NCBI RefSeq assembly: GCF_964355755.1
Contig: NC_092678.1
Coordinates: forward strand, 2,806,422-2,870,421
Source: Antedon mediterranea
Taxonomy: Eukaryota; Animalia; Echinodermata
Direction: 5' to 3'
DNA length: 64,000 bases
Shown piece after piece: positions 53,601 to 64,000 of this stretch. The notes beneath the pieces are model-generated. The model had not been told where the DNA came from. It ran no database searches and saw nothing but the letters and a program-made list of their open reading frames with translations. The stretch's first letter is position 1, and every line of letters begins with the position of its first letter. The position numbers were made by a program, and so were the translations under genes.

Positions 53601-56600
53601 ACGTTGTTGATGCTCTTGTTTTCGCCAGTAAATCGTAGTCCTCTACTAAATGTTAACGTTCTTCATGCTCTTGTTTTCACCAACAAATCGCAGCCCTCTA
53701 CTAAATGTTCACGTTCTTGATGCTCTTGTTTTCGTCAACAAATCGCAGTCCTCTACTAAATGTTCATGTTCTTGATGCTCTTGTTTTCGTCAACAAATCG
53801 CAGTTCTCTACTAAATGTTCACGTTCTTGATGCTCTTGTTTTCGCCAGTAAAACGCAGTCCTCTACTAAATGTTCATGTTCTTCATGCTCTTGTTTTCAC
53901 CAACAAATCGCAGTTCTCTACTAAATGTTCATGTTCTTGATGCTCTTGTTTTCGTCAACAAATCGCAGTTCTCTACTAAATGTTCACGTTCTTGATGCTC
54001 TTGTTTTCGCCAGTAAAACGCAGTCCTCTACTAAATGTTCATGTTCTTCATGCTCTTGTTTTCACCAACAAATCGCAGTTCTCTACTAAATGTTCACATT
54101 CTTGATGCTCTTCTTTTCGCCAACAAATCGCAGTCCTCTACTAAATGTTCATGTTCTTGATGCTCTTGTTTTCACCAACAAATCGCAGTTCTCTACTAAA
54201 TGTTCATGTTCTTGATGCTCTTGTTTTCGCCAACAAATCGCAGTTCTCTACTAAATGTTCACATTCTTGATGCTCTTCTTTTCGCCAACAAATCGCAGTC
54301 CTCTACTAAATGTTCACGTTCTTGATGCTCTTGTTTTCACCAACAAATCGCAGTTCTCTACTAAATGTTCATGTTCTTCATGCTCTTGTTTTCACCAACA
54401 AATCGCAGTTCTCTACTAAATGTTCACATTCTTGATGCTCTTCTTTTCGCCAACAAATCGCAGTCCTCTACTAAATGTTCATGTTCTTCATTCTCTTGTT
54501 TTCACCAACAAATCACAGTCCTCTACTAAATGTTCACGTTCTTCATTCTCTTGTTTTCACCAACAAATCACAGTTCTCTACTAAATGTTCACGTTCTTCA
54601 TGCTCTTGTTTTCGCCAACAAATCGCAGTCCTCTACTAAATGTTCACGTTCTTGATGCTCTTGTTTTCGCCAACAAATCACAGTCCTCTACTAAATGTTG
54701 ATGTTCTTGATGCTCTTCTTTTCGCCAACAAATCACAGTCCTCTACTAAATGTTCACGTTCTTGATGCTCTTGTTTTCACCAACAAATCACAGTCCTCTA
54801 CTAAATGTTCACGTTCTTGATGCTCTTGTTTTCACCAACAAATCACAGTCCTCTACTAAATGTTCACGTTCTTGATGCTCTTGTTTTCACCAACAAATCA
54901 CAGTCCTCTATTAAATGTTCACGTTCTTGATGCTCTTGTTTTTGTCAACAAATCACAGTCCTCTACTAAATGTTCATGTTCTTGATGCTCTTGTTTTCAC
55001 CAACAAATCACAGTCCTCTACTAAATGTTCACGTTCTTGATGCTCTTCTTTTCACCAACAAATCACAGTCCTCTACTAAATGTTCACGTTCTTGATGCTC
55101 TTGTTTTCGCCAACAAATCACAGTCCTCTACTAAATGTTGATGTTCTTGATGCTCTTGTTTTCACCAACAAATCACAGTCCTCTACTAAATGTTCACGTT
55201 CTTGATGCTCTTCTTTTCGCCAACAAATCGCAGTCCTCTACTAAATGTTCATGTTCTTGATGCTCTTGTTTTCACCAACAAATCACAGTCCTCTACTAAA
55301 TGTTCACGTTCTTGATGCTCTTCTTTTCACCAACAAATCACAGTCCTCTACTAAATGTTCACGTTCTTGATGCTCTTGTTTTCACCAACAAATCACAGTC
55401 CTCTACTAAATGTTCACGTTCTTGATGCTCTTGTTTTCACCAACAAATCGCAGTCCTCTACTAAATGTTCATGTTCTTGATGCTCTTCTTTTCGCCAACA
55501 AATCACAGTCCTCTACTAAATGTTCACGTTCTTGATGCTCTTGTTTTCACCAACAAATCACAGTCCTCTACTAAATGTTCACGTTCTTGATGCTCTTGTT
55601 TTCACCAACAAATCACAGTCCTCTACTAAATGTTCATGTTCTTGATGCTCTTGTTTTCACCAACAAATCACAGTCCTCTACTAAATGTTCACGTTCTTGA
55701 TGCTCTTCTTTTCGCCAACAAATCGCAGTCCTCTACTAAATGTTCATGTTCTTGATGCTCTTGTTTTCACCAACAAATCACAGTCCTCTACTAAATGTTC
55801 ACGTTCTTGATGCTCTTCTTTTCACCAACAAATCACAGTCCTCTACTAAATGTTCACGTTCTTGATGCTCTTGTTTTCACCAACAAATCACAGTCCTCTA
55901 CTAAATGTTCACGTTCTTGATGCTCTTGTTTTCACCAACAAATCGCAGTCCTCTACTAAATGTTCATGTTCTTGATGCTCTTGTTTTCGCCAACAAATCA
56001 CAGTCCTCTACTAAATGTTCATGTTCTTGATGCTCTTGTTTTCACCAACAAATCACAGTCCTCTACTAAATGTTCACGTTCTTGATGCTCTTCTTTTCAC
56101 CAACAAATCACAGTCCTCTACTAAATGTTCACATTCTTGATACTCTTGCTTTCGTCAACAAATCGCAATCTACTAAATGTTCACCAACAAAACCATCTTG
56201 TGTGAGCTTCATTCTAATTTGTATAATTTTTTTCAGGTGATAATGTAAAGCGGGTTGAAGATTACGACGTAAAGCAACTTAACGGTGACAAACTTAGAGT
56301 AATAGAAGCTGACACATTTTGGTGTATGAGCAAACTACTTGATGGCATTCAAGACAACTACACATTTGCTCAACCTGGCATTCAAACCAAAGTGAAACAG
56401 CTGGAGGAGTTAATTAAAAGAATAAATGGTAATTATACTGTGTATGAGTGTTTGCAGTACTTGTACTCTTAATTGGAGTGTGAGTGTTTGCAGTAGCTGT
56501 ACTCCTAATTGGCGTGTGGGTGTTTGCAGTAGCTGTACTCATGCTTGGCGTGTGGGTGTTTGTAGTAGCTGTATACTCCTAATTGGTGTGTGAGTGTTGG

Positions 56601-59600
56601 TAGTAGCTGTACTCTTACTTGGCATGTGAGTGTTTGCAGTAGCTGTACTCTTACTTGGCGTGTGAGTGTTTGCAGTAGCTGTACTCTTAATTGGCGTGTG
56701 AGTATTTGTAGTAGCTGTACTCTTACTTGGCGTGTGAGTGTTTGCAGTAGCTGTACTCTTACTTGGTGTGTGAGTGTTTGCAGTAGCTGTACTCTTACTT
56801 GGTGTGTGAGTGTTTGCAGTAGCTGTACTCTTAATTGGCGTGTGAGTGTTTGCAGTAGCTGTACTCTTACTTGGTGTGTGAGTGTTTGCAGTAGCTGTAC
56901 TCTTAATTGGCGTGTGAGTGTTGCAGTAGCTGTATTCATAATTGGCGTGTGAGTGTTTGCAGTAGCTGTACTCTTACTTAGTGTGTGAGTGTTTGCAGTA
57001 GCTGTACTCTTAATTGGCGTTTGAGTGTTTGCAGTAGCTGTACTCTTAATTAGCGTGTGAGTGTTTGCAGTAGCTGTACTCTTAATTGGCGTGTGAGTGT
57101 TTGCAGTAGCTGTACTCTTAATTAGCGTGTGAGTGTTTGCAGTAGCTGTACTCTTACTTAGTGTGTGAGTGTTTGCAGTAGCTGTACTCTTAATTGGCGT
57201 TTGAGTGTTTGCAGTAGCTGTACTCTTAATTAGCGTGTGAGTGTTTGCAGTAGCTGTACTCTTAATTGGCGTGTGAGTGTTTGCAGTAGCTGTACTCTTA
57301 ATTAGCGTGTGAGTGTTTGCAGTAGCTGTACTCATGCTTGGCGTGTGAGTGTTTGCAGTAGCTGTACTCTTAATTGGCGTGTGATTGTTTGCAGTAGCTG
57401 TACTCTTAATTGGCGTGTGAGTGTTTGCAGTAGCTGTACTCTTAATTGGCGTGTGAGTGTTTGCAGTAGCTGTACTCTTAATTGGCGTGTGAGTGTTTGC
57501 AGTAGCTGTACTCTTAATTAGCGTGTGAGTGTTTGCAGTAGCTGTACTCATGCTTGGCGTGTGAGTGTTTGCAGTAGCTGTATTCATAATTGGCGTGTGA
57601 TTGTTTGCAGTAGCTGTATTCATAATTGGCGTGTGAGTGTTTGCAGTAGCTGTACTCTTAATTGGCGTGTGAGTGTTTGCAGTAGCTGTACTCTTACTTG
57701 GTGTGTGAGTGTTTGCAGTAGCTGTACTCTTAATTGGCGTGTGAGTGTTGCAGTAGCTGTATTCATAATTGGCGTGTGAGTGTTTGCAGTAGCTGTACTC
57801 TTAATTGGCGTGTGAGTGTTTGCAGTAGCTGTATTCATAATTGGCGTGTGATTGTTTGCAGTAGCTGTACTCTTAATTGGCGTGTGAGTGTTGCAGTAGC
57901 TGTACTCTTAATTGGCGTGTGGGTGTTTGCAGTAGCTGTATTCATAATTGGCGTGTGGGTGTTTGCAGTAGCTGTATTCATAATTGGCGTGTGATTGTTT
58001 GCAGTAGCTGTACTCTTAATTGGCGTGTGAGTGTTTGCAGTAGCTGTACTCTTAATTGGCGTGTGAGTGTTTGCAGTAGCTGTACTCTTAATTGGCGTGT
58101 GGGTGTTTGCAGTAGCTGTACTCTTAATTGGCGTGTGATTGTTTGCAGTAGCTGTACTCTTAATTGGCGTGTGAGTGTTTGCAGTAGCTGTACTCTTAAT
58201 TGGCGTGTGAGTGTTTGCAGTAGCTGTACTCTTAATTGGCGTGTGATTGTTTGCAGTAGCTGTACTCTTAATTGGCGTGTGAGTGTTGCAGTAGCTGTAC
58301 TCTTACTTGGCGTGTGAGTGTTTGCAGTAGCTGTACTCTTACTTGGCGTGTGAGTGTTTGCAGTAGCTGTACTCTTAGTTGGCGTGTGGGTGTTTGTAGT
58401 AGCTGTACTCTTACTTGGCGTGTGAGTATTTGTAGTAGCTGTACTCTTACTTGGCATGTGAGTGTTTGCAGTAGCTGTACTCTTACTTGGTGTGTGAGTG
58501 TTTGCAGTAGCTGTACTCTTAATTGGCCTGTGAGTATTTGTAGTAGCTGTACTCTTACTTGGTGTGTGAGTGTTTGCAGTAGCTGTACTCTTAATTGGCG
58601 TGTGAGTGTTAGCAGTAGCTGTACTCTTAATTGGCGTGTGAGTGTTTGCAGTAGCTGTACTCTTAATTGGCGTGTGAGTGTTGCAGTAGCTGTATTCATA
58701 ATTGGCGTGTGAGTGTTTGCAGTAGCTGTACTCTGAATTGGCGTGTGAGTGTTTGCAGTAGCTGTACTCTTAATTGGCGTGTGAGTGTTGCAGTAGCTGT
58801 ATTCATAATTGGCGTGTGAGTGTTTGCAGTAGCTGTACTCTGAATTGGCGTGTGAGTGTTTGCAGTAGCTGTACTCTTAATTGGCGTGTGAGTGTTTGCA
58901 GTAGCTGTACTCTTAATTGGCGTGTGAGTGTTTGCAGTAGCTGTACTCTTAATTGGCGTGTGAGTGTTTGCAGTAGCTGTACTCCTAATTGGCGTGTGAG
59001 TGTTTGCAGTAGCTGTACTCATGCTTGGCGTATGAGTGTTTGCAGTAACTGTACTCATGCTTGGCGTGTGGGTGTTTTTTTCAAAATTTCTGCTTTTAAT
59101 TGGCGTGTAAGTGATTGCAGTAGCTGTACTCTTAATTGGCATGTGAGTGTTTGCAGTAGCTGTACTCTTAATTGGCATGTGAGTGTTTGCAGTAGCTGTA
59201 CTCTTACTTGGCATGTGAGTGTTTGCAGTAGCTGTACTCTTACTTGGCATGTGAGTGTTTGCAGTAGCTGTGCTCTTACTTGGCATGTGAGTGTTTGCAG
59301 TAGCTGTACTCTTACTTGGCATGTGAGTGTTTGCAGTAGCTGTACTCTTACTTGGCATGTGAGTGTTTGCAGTAGCTGTGCTCTTACTTGGCATGTGAGT
59401 GTTTGCAGTAGCTGTACTCTTACTTGGCATGTGAGTGTTTGCAGTAGCTGTACTCTTACTTGGCATGTGAGTGTTTGCAGTAGCTGTGCTCTTTCCTGAC
59501 GTGTGTTTGCAGTAGCTGTATCCTTACCTTGCCTTTGTTTTTTTACCAACCATATAGTCAGTTTACTGATGATGTGATTATATAGCATTTGTAATCTGAA

Positions 59601-60866
59601 TGGTTTGGTATTTTATTTTTCAGTTCACTTACAAAAACACCTTGAGCAGAATTTAGTGGAATACTTGCAGTTTTCCTATCGTTGGATGAACAATCTGCTT
59701 ATGAGGGAGTTACCACTTCATTGTACGATACGTGTTTGGGATACATATATGGTAAGGAATATTCTGCATCATCAGTCGTATGGTTCACTTACACTAAAAG
59801 TATTATAATTCCTTAATGAATACTTGTAGGTGAAACATGTTCATGTATAGTGTGAATTAATAAAGCAGTTTAGGCTTGGTTTACTTCCTGGCAGCCTATT
59901 GTCTAGTGATGACCAATCACCTTTGACTTCGCTCACTTTTTACTAAATTTACTTATTCCATAAAAATGTTGAAGAGTACAATTGAAATGTTTAAAAACAA
60001 GGCCATATACATGGCTGCAGTCACATGCATGCTCAAATTTGTGACAGTGAGCTGTAGAGTCTACCACTAATTCCTTTCTGTGTAAACTGTAAACCAAGAT
60101 CATACTTGCGACTAAATAAAAGATTTTTATTTCAATTTTATTTTATTTTTTTTAGAGTGAACCGGATGGCTTTGCGGAGTTCCATTTGTACGTCTGTGCA
60201 GCATTTCTACAAAGATTTTCTAAAGAAATTCAAGATCAAAGAGACTTCCAGGTGAGAACCAGACGTTAGTCCATCTTTATGTTATTGTAAATTGAGAAAG
60301 CAAAGAATACTGTATGAGTCTGATGATACTGCAATTGGTTTTTTTATAGACATTTTTTGTGATATGAGATCCCAGACAATTTTTTTTTTCTTTATGAGTC
60401 TGATGATACTGTATCTACAATTTGTCCTTTATTATAGACATTTTTTGTTATACAAGATCCCAGACAATTTTTCTTTTCCACCAAAAGAAAAAAAAAGATA
60501 AAAAATTTAAATCGGGGACGTACAACAAAAGCAGAGTCTGAAAACATTGTACTATCTTAACAGTAGCAAAAACACAGACACTTATAAATATATCGCATAC
60601 GAATTCCCAATGTGATACTCTATTCAGCTTCTAACTCTATGATGTAGTTGTGTGTCATAGAATTTATCTATAAATTAAAAATTATAATGTAATTGTGTTC
60701 ACCATTTTAATTTGTTTTTCTTTTTTTAAAGGGAATATTACTTCTGCTACAAAATCTACCTACAGCTAAGTGGGGTGAAAACGAAATTGGACTATTACTT
60801 GCCGAAGCCTATAGTTTAAAATATGTATTTTCTGGAGCAAGGAACCATTTAAACCAAAGTAAATGA
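36360..60866 (+). CDS. TBC1D22: TBC1 domain family member 22 (Rab-GAP, Gyp1-like), about 489 aa
   Basis: Exons 36360-36469, 40259-40527, 40780-40938, 42401-42471, 43353-43481, 44485-44550 (or alternative 45584-45643), 46873-46987, 56237-56428, 59624-59751, 60156-60251, 60732-60866 (1470 nt in frame). Motifs: GPNTDLEELRKLSWKGIP, IHIDIPRTNP (R finger), RHPASGYVQGINDL (Q finger), EADTFWCMSKLLDGIQDNYTFAQPGIQ, YLQFSYRWMNNLLMRE. Confidence 0.96.
36757..37719. mobile_element. About 960-bp non-autonomous element with about 95-bp imperfect TIRs in TBC1D22 intron 1
   Basis: gctgtggctaaa...agatacggtactgtatcctaacttccgtt...ggtaaaattgcattgcgtcataatca versus tgattatgacgtaatgcaattttacc...aacggaagttaagatacggtaccgtatctttagccatggc. 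Confidence 0.75.
39196..39315. repeat. Perfect tandem duplication of about 58 bp
   Basis: tatattagtacattactgttgttactttagtaccctccatgaatgtatagcattaacc occurs twice. Confidence 0.9.
41015..41352. repeat. Diverged GC-rich minisatellite, 31-bp unit, about 11 copies
   Basis: Unit approximately atgggctgctgcacggccttttgggctattc, in a TBC1D22 intron. Confidence 0.88.
42511..42628. mobile_element. Tc1/pogo-like MITE
   Basis: ta|cagtcaactctcc ... ggagagttgact. Related copy at 46611-46775. Confidence 0.7.
42739..42898. mobile_element. MITE, PIF/Harbinger-like family (most complete copy)
   Basis: TIRs ctctgtctacactatcaaa / tttgatagtgtagacagag with TAA/TTA flanks. Related copies at about 4505-4745, 6890-6990, 29581-29700, 29965-30068, 30806-30850 and 42113-42260. 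Confidence 0.85.
43585..43780 (-). mobile_element. Non-autonomous Helentron/DINE-like element
   Basis: Minus strand has sub-terminal IRs acctccgcc ... ggcggaggt plus a 3' hairpin gcact...agtgc. Homologous copy on the plus strand at about 17855-18064. Confidence 0.72.
43800..44147. mobile_element. Kolobok-like MITE
   Basis: Perfect TIRs agatgtattgtccccc / gggggacaatacatct flanked by TTAA on both sides. Confidence 0.82.
44182..44337. mobile_element. Tigger/pogo-like MITE with an internal 18-bp tandem repeat
   Basis: ta|cagtagaacccc ... ggaattttactg, with internal aaaggagtgtcctcttaa repeated about 4 times. Confidence 0.6.
44485..44550 (+). CDS. TBC1D22: TBC1D22 arginine-finger exon, copy 1 (IHIDIPRTNPLIPLFQQELVQQ)
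   Basis: gcag|ATA...CAG|gtaagt, 66 nt, phase 0/0. Confidence 0.93.
45584..45643 (+). CDS. TBC1D22: TBC1D22 arginine-finger exon, alternative copy 2 (IQKDIPRMPHPLLREVIVQE)
   Basis: ttttcacag|ATT...GAG|gtaatt, 60 nt, phase 0/0, intact IxxDxxR motif, homologous to 44485-44550. Confidence 0.85.
46611..46775. mobile_element. Tc1/pogo-like MITE, second copy
   Basis: ta|cagtcaactctcccaatac ... gtattgggaaagttaacta. Confidence 0.68.
47043..56190. repeat. Intronic satellite, 55-bp unit, about 165 copies
   Basis: Unit aatcacagtcctctactaaatgttcacgttcttgatgctcttgttttcaccaaca, highly homogeneous, fills almost the whole TBC1D22 intron 46988-56236. Confidence 0.97.
56440..59522. repeat. Intronic satellite, 36-bp unit, about 85 copies
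   Basis: Unit ggcgtgtgagtgtttgcagtagctgtactcttaatt with occasional 1-nt deletions. Explains the NTHTPIKSTATA-type ORFs. Confidence 0.97.
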
Positions 60867-62743
60867 AACTATTAACATCCTAAGATGAGAACAAGATTAG
60901 CATAACAAATGGTATTTTATTATATTACTGGAAGATGAAAAAGAAGTCATGCACTGGATAGGAGGTATAGAAGGTGGGCTACATCAAACGAAACCAAAGA
61001 CCGTTCAAGTGATGGTGTTCATAGCACTGCAGCTGCTCCACTTGTTTATGGTTGCCTGGCTTTGTTGGTGTAAAGGAAGAAGTACTGCAACGTTACGCAT
61101 GTTTCATCTTCGAGGTATTGTTTCTGATTGTGATCCTACGAACTACATTGTTTTTTATTGCAATCCTACGAGAGGTATTGTTTTGCCACGCATCTATTGT
61201 AATGTGAATCAAGGGGAACGATATTTTTATTTAACCTAGCTAGGCCCAGAGTCTAGCGATTAATGTTTAAAAAGAAACAACGAAGTACCAGGCACCCTCT
61301 TCGTACAGAGCATGCAGTAGTACTAGATGGGCCTACCATAAATGAAACCTAAATAATAAAAATAAACATCACACGTGTGGCCGATTAACCCTTTTTTCAT
61401 CAAATAAGTATCAACATTTTTAATGAAATGTTTTTTTTCACTCCCAGTCGTCTGTGCACTCTGTAATGTGGGTCATGGGTTATTGGATTTTATTTTAGCG
61501 GTGTTCGTATATGGCCATATTTAGAATTGATCAAAAAATCAAAAAAGTTGCCGCAAATTGGTACAATCATGTTTTTTTTTATAAAGGCCATCAACCCGTA
61601 ATTAATTTAATCAAGTATTAGATTGGAGCTATGATGTTTAATCAAAATCATTTTTAATAACTTAATTTATTTAACAAAATATTGAATGTATTTTTTTTTA
61701 TATAAATCGCTTTTAATTTTACTTTTAAATTTTGTTTTGGCAACTCAATGAATTAATACTGACTGTATCTAAGCAATAATATTTTAAAAGTAAATGATAT
61801 AGTTGATATTGAAAGTTAATTTTTATAATGGATATCGCCTAAATGCCATACTATCTTTCTTGGGCTAATGTTACCTTTTGTTCTCATGAAATCATATTTG
61901 TTTGCCTTTATGTTTATACGCTAAATCATTAGTGTTAATGTTTATTATTTAGACTGACTTATTTAAGCTGCTTAAGCTCTGAGCCAGTTTAGTCAGTGAG
62001 TGCTCATAGCCGTTACGCCAATGATTTTATGGATCATAAGATTGTTGTTTTTTTTTAACATGCCACCATATGTACCACATTCGCATAGGCATTCTGTATT
62101 ATTGCTTTTCTCTAACAGTCAACATTTCAATTGATGAATTAGTTGTACTGTATTAATGTACATAAAATGTTAAGCCATGTCCACTTGTATAAATTGTATT
62201 TAAATTAGAATATTACATTATAAAAAAATAAAAGAAAAGTAAAAAAAGACAAATTTGTGACGAAAAATGGTGTTGGTGTACGCTGATATATTGAAGCAGC
62301 AGATTGATAGGTCTGTAACAACCCCAAGTAGTACTAGAGGTCAAAGGTCATAGTTCAAATCCAATTAATCAAGCATATTTATAGCTTCAAAGCACTGAAC
62401 TCAAAACTAGGCTGGCCATAGCGATACGTGACCACGGACGGCAACAGTTAGGATAGCCTTAATAAACAATAGCCTGTCGTAGACTGAATACGTTTGTCAC
62501 TCGTGGACTAACAACAAGGGCCTCGTAGAAAAATATTTGCTTGTGAACTGTGTTGTCTCATTGTAGTAGTCCGCTATGCAATGCACTACAGTATATGCAC
62601 ACACAATTACGTTTGCCAGAAACTCGGAACCCAACGTTTACTGTCTGTAAAGATGTATACGGATCACTAAACCGTTATAAATAAAAGAGCTGTATATGCA
62701 GGGTAGATATAACATATATGTAATAAATTTAAATTTATTAACG

Positions 62744-63633
62744 GACCATGCTTCGGGCATAGCCCATCATAGTAAGTGACCAATGCTTCGGGCATAGCCC
62801 ATCAAAGTGACCAATGCTTCGGGCATAGCCCATCAAAGTGACCAATGCTTCGGGCATAGCCCATCAAAGTGACCAATGCTTCGGGCATAGCCCATCATAG
62901 TAAGTGACCATGCTTCGGGCATAGCCCATCATAGTAAGTGACCAATGCTTCGGGCATAGCCCATCAAAGTGACCAATGCTTCGGGCATAGCCCATCATAG
63001 TAAGTGACCAATGCTTCGGGCATAGCCCATCAAAGTGACCAATGCTTCGGGCATAGCCCATCATAGTAAGTGACCAATGCTTCGGGCATAGCCCATCATA
63101 GTAAGTGACCAATGCTTCGGGCATAGCCCATCATAGTAAGTGACCAATGCTTCGGGCATAGCCCATCAAAGTGACCAATGCTTCGGGCATAGCCCATCAT
63201 AGTAAGTGACCAATGCTTGGGGCATAGCCCATCAAAGTGACCAATGCTTCGGGCATAGCCCATCATAGTAAGTGACCAATGCTTCGGGCATAGCCCATCA
63301 AAGTGACCAATGCTTCGGGCATAGCCCATCATAGTAAGTGACCAATGCTTCGGGCATAGCCCATCATAGTAAGTGACCAATGCTTCGGGCATAGCCCATC
63401 AAAGTGACCAATGCTTCGGGCATAGCCCATCAAAGTGACCAATGCTTCGGGCATAGCCCATCAAAGTGACCAATGCTTCGGGCATAGCCCATCAAAGTGA
63501 CCAATGCTTCGGGCATAGCCCATCAAAGTGACCAATGCTTGGGGCATAGCCCATCAAAGTGACCAATGCTTCGGGCATAGCCCATCAAAGTGACCAATGC
63601 TTCGGGCATAGCCCATCATAGTAAGTGACCAAT
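62744..63633. repeat. Minisatellite with interspersed 31-bp and 35-bp unit variants
   Basis: Units gaccaatgcttcgggcatagcccatcaaagt and gaccaatgcttcgggcatagcccatcatagtaagt, each containing the gggc-ata-gccc hairpin. Confidence 0.95.
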
Positions 63634-64000
63634 CGTATCCAACAATGCATTGAATCTAGTTAAATTTGAGCCAGAGCCAATCGGGCTTGCTTATTAAGCT
63701 TTATGCACAATTATATAATCTAATTTTCAAACGGATGTTTATTGAAGTGCCGCACACGATAGGCCATGTCACATGGTAAGTAATGTTTCTATTTATAGTT
63801 TATTGACACGAATAATAAAGAGATAATAAATGTATTTTAAATTTATCGGTTTAAATTTTCATATAATTTTTTTTTTTTTTTTCACATGTGGACAACGACA
63901 AATCAACATGTACTGCAACCAAGACTGGTAACAAACATAGTAAGTATGTTTTAGTTTGATAATTTATTGTAAAAATAAATAGCTATGCAAAGAAATATGA

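Noticed and set aside
47043-56190. Possible CRISPR-like array
   Set aside because: Contiguous identical units with no unique spacers, no cas genes, and located in a eukaryotic intron.
56505-59588. Long Thr/Ala-rich ORFs (NTHTPIKSTATA repeats) resembling mucin or antifreeze proteins
   Set aside because: They are translations of a 36-bp intronic satellite, broken by frameshifting 35-bp units, open in several frames, and without a signal peptide or unique flanking coding sequence.
62864-63392. Repetitive ORFs (DGLCPKHWSLTMMGYARSIGHF)
   Set aside because: By-product of the 31/35-bp minisatellite.

Overview
AT-rich, intron-dense animal (invertebrate, probably deuterostome) genomic DNA. Three spliced genes were reconstructed by hand from splice sites and reading-frame continuity. 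(1) Minus strand, 22407 to below 211 and running off the left edge: an uncharacterised protein of >3100 aa in about 57 exons. It has an N-myristoylation signal (MGTGASK), seven cupredoxin/plastocyanin-like repeats lacking the copper-ligand loop, a CHB_HEX_C/Fn3_assoc-like domain, a long FN3 array split by an acidic linker, and a thioredoxin-like domain with a WCxxS motif. (2) Ceramide kinase (CERK), minus strand, 35840-27994, 13 coding exons, including a GC-AG intron. (3) Rab-GAP TBC1D22, plus strand, 36360-60866. It lies head-to-head with CERK across about 520 bp, the same arrangement as human CERK/TBC1D22A. It carries two tandem, apparently mutually exclusive copies of the catalytic arginine-finger exon, one resembling vertebrate TBC1D22B and one resembling TBC1D22A. 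Introns and flanks hold tandem arrays (55, 53, 36, 31/35, 31 and 17 bp units), many MITE-like elements (Harbinger-, hAT-, Kolobok-, Tc1/pogo- and Helentron-like), a SINE fragment and a degenerate hammerhead-like motif. Family assignments come from recalled motifs, not database searches.
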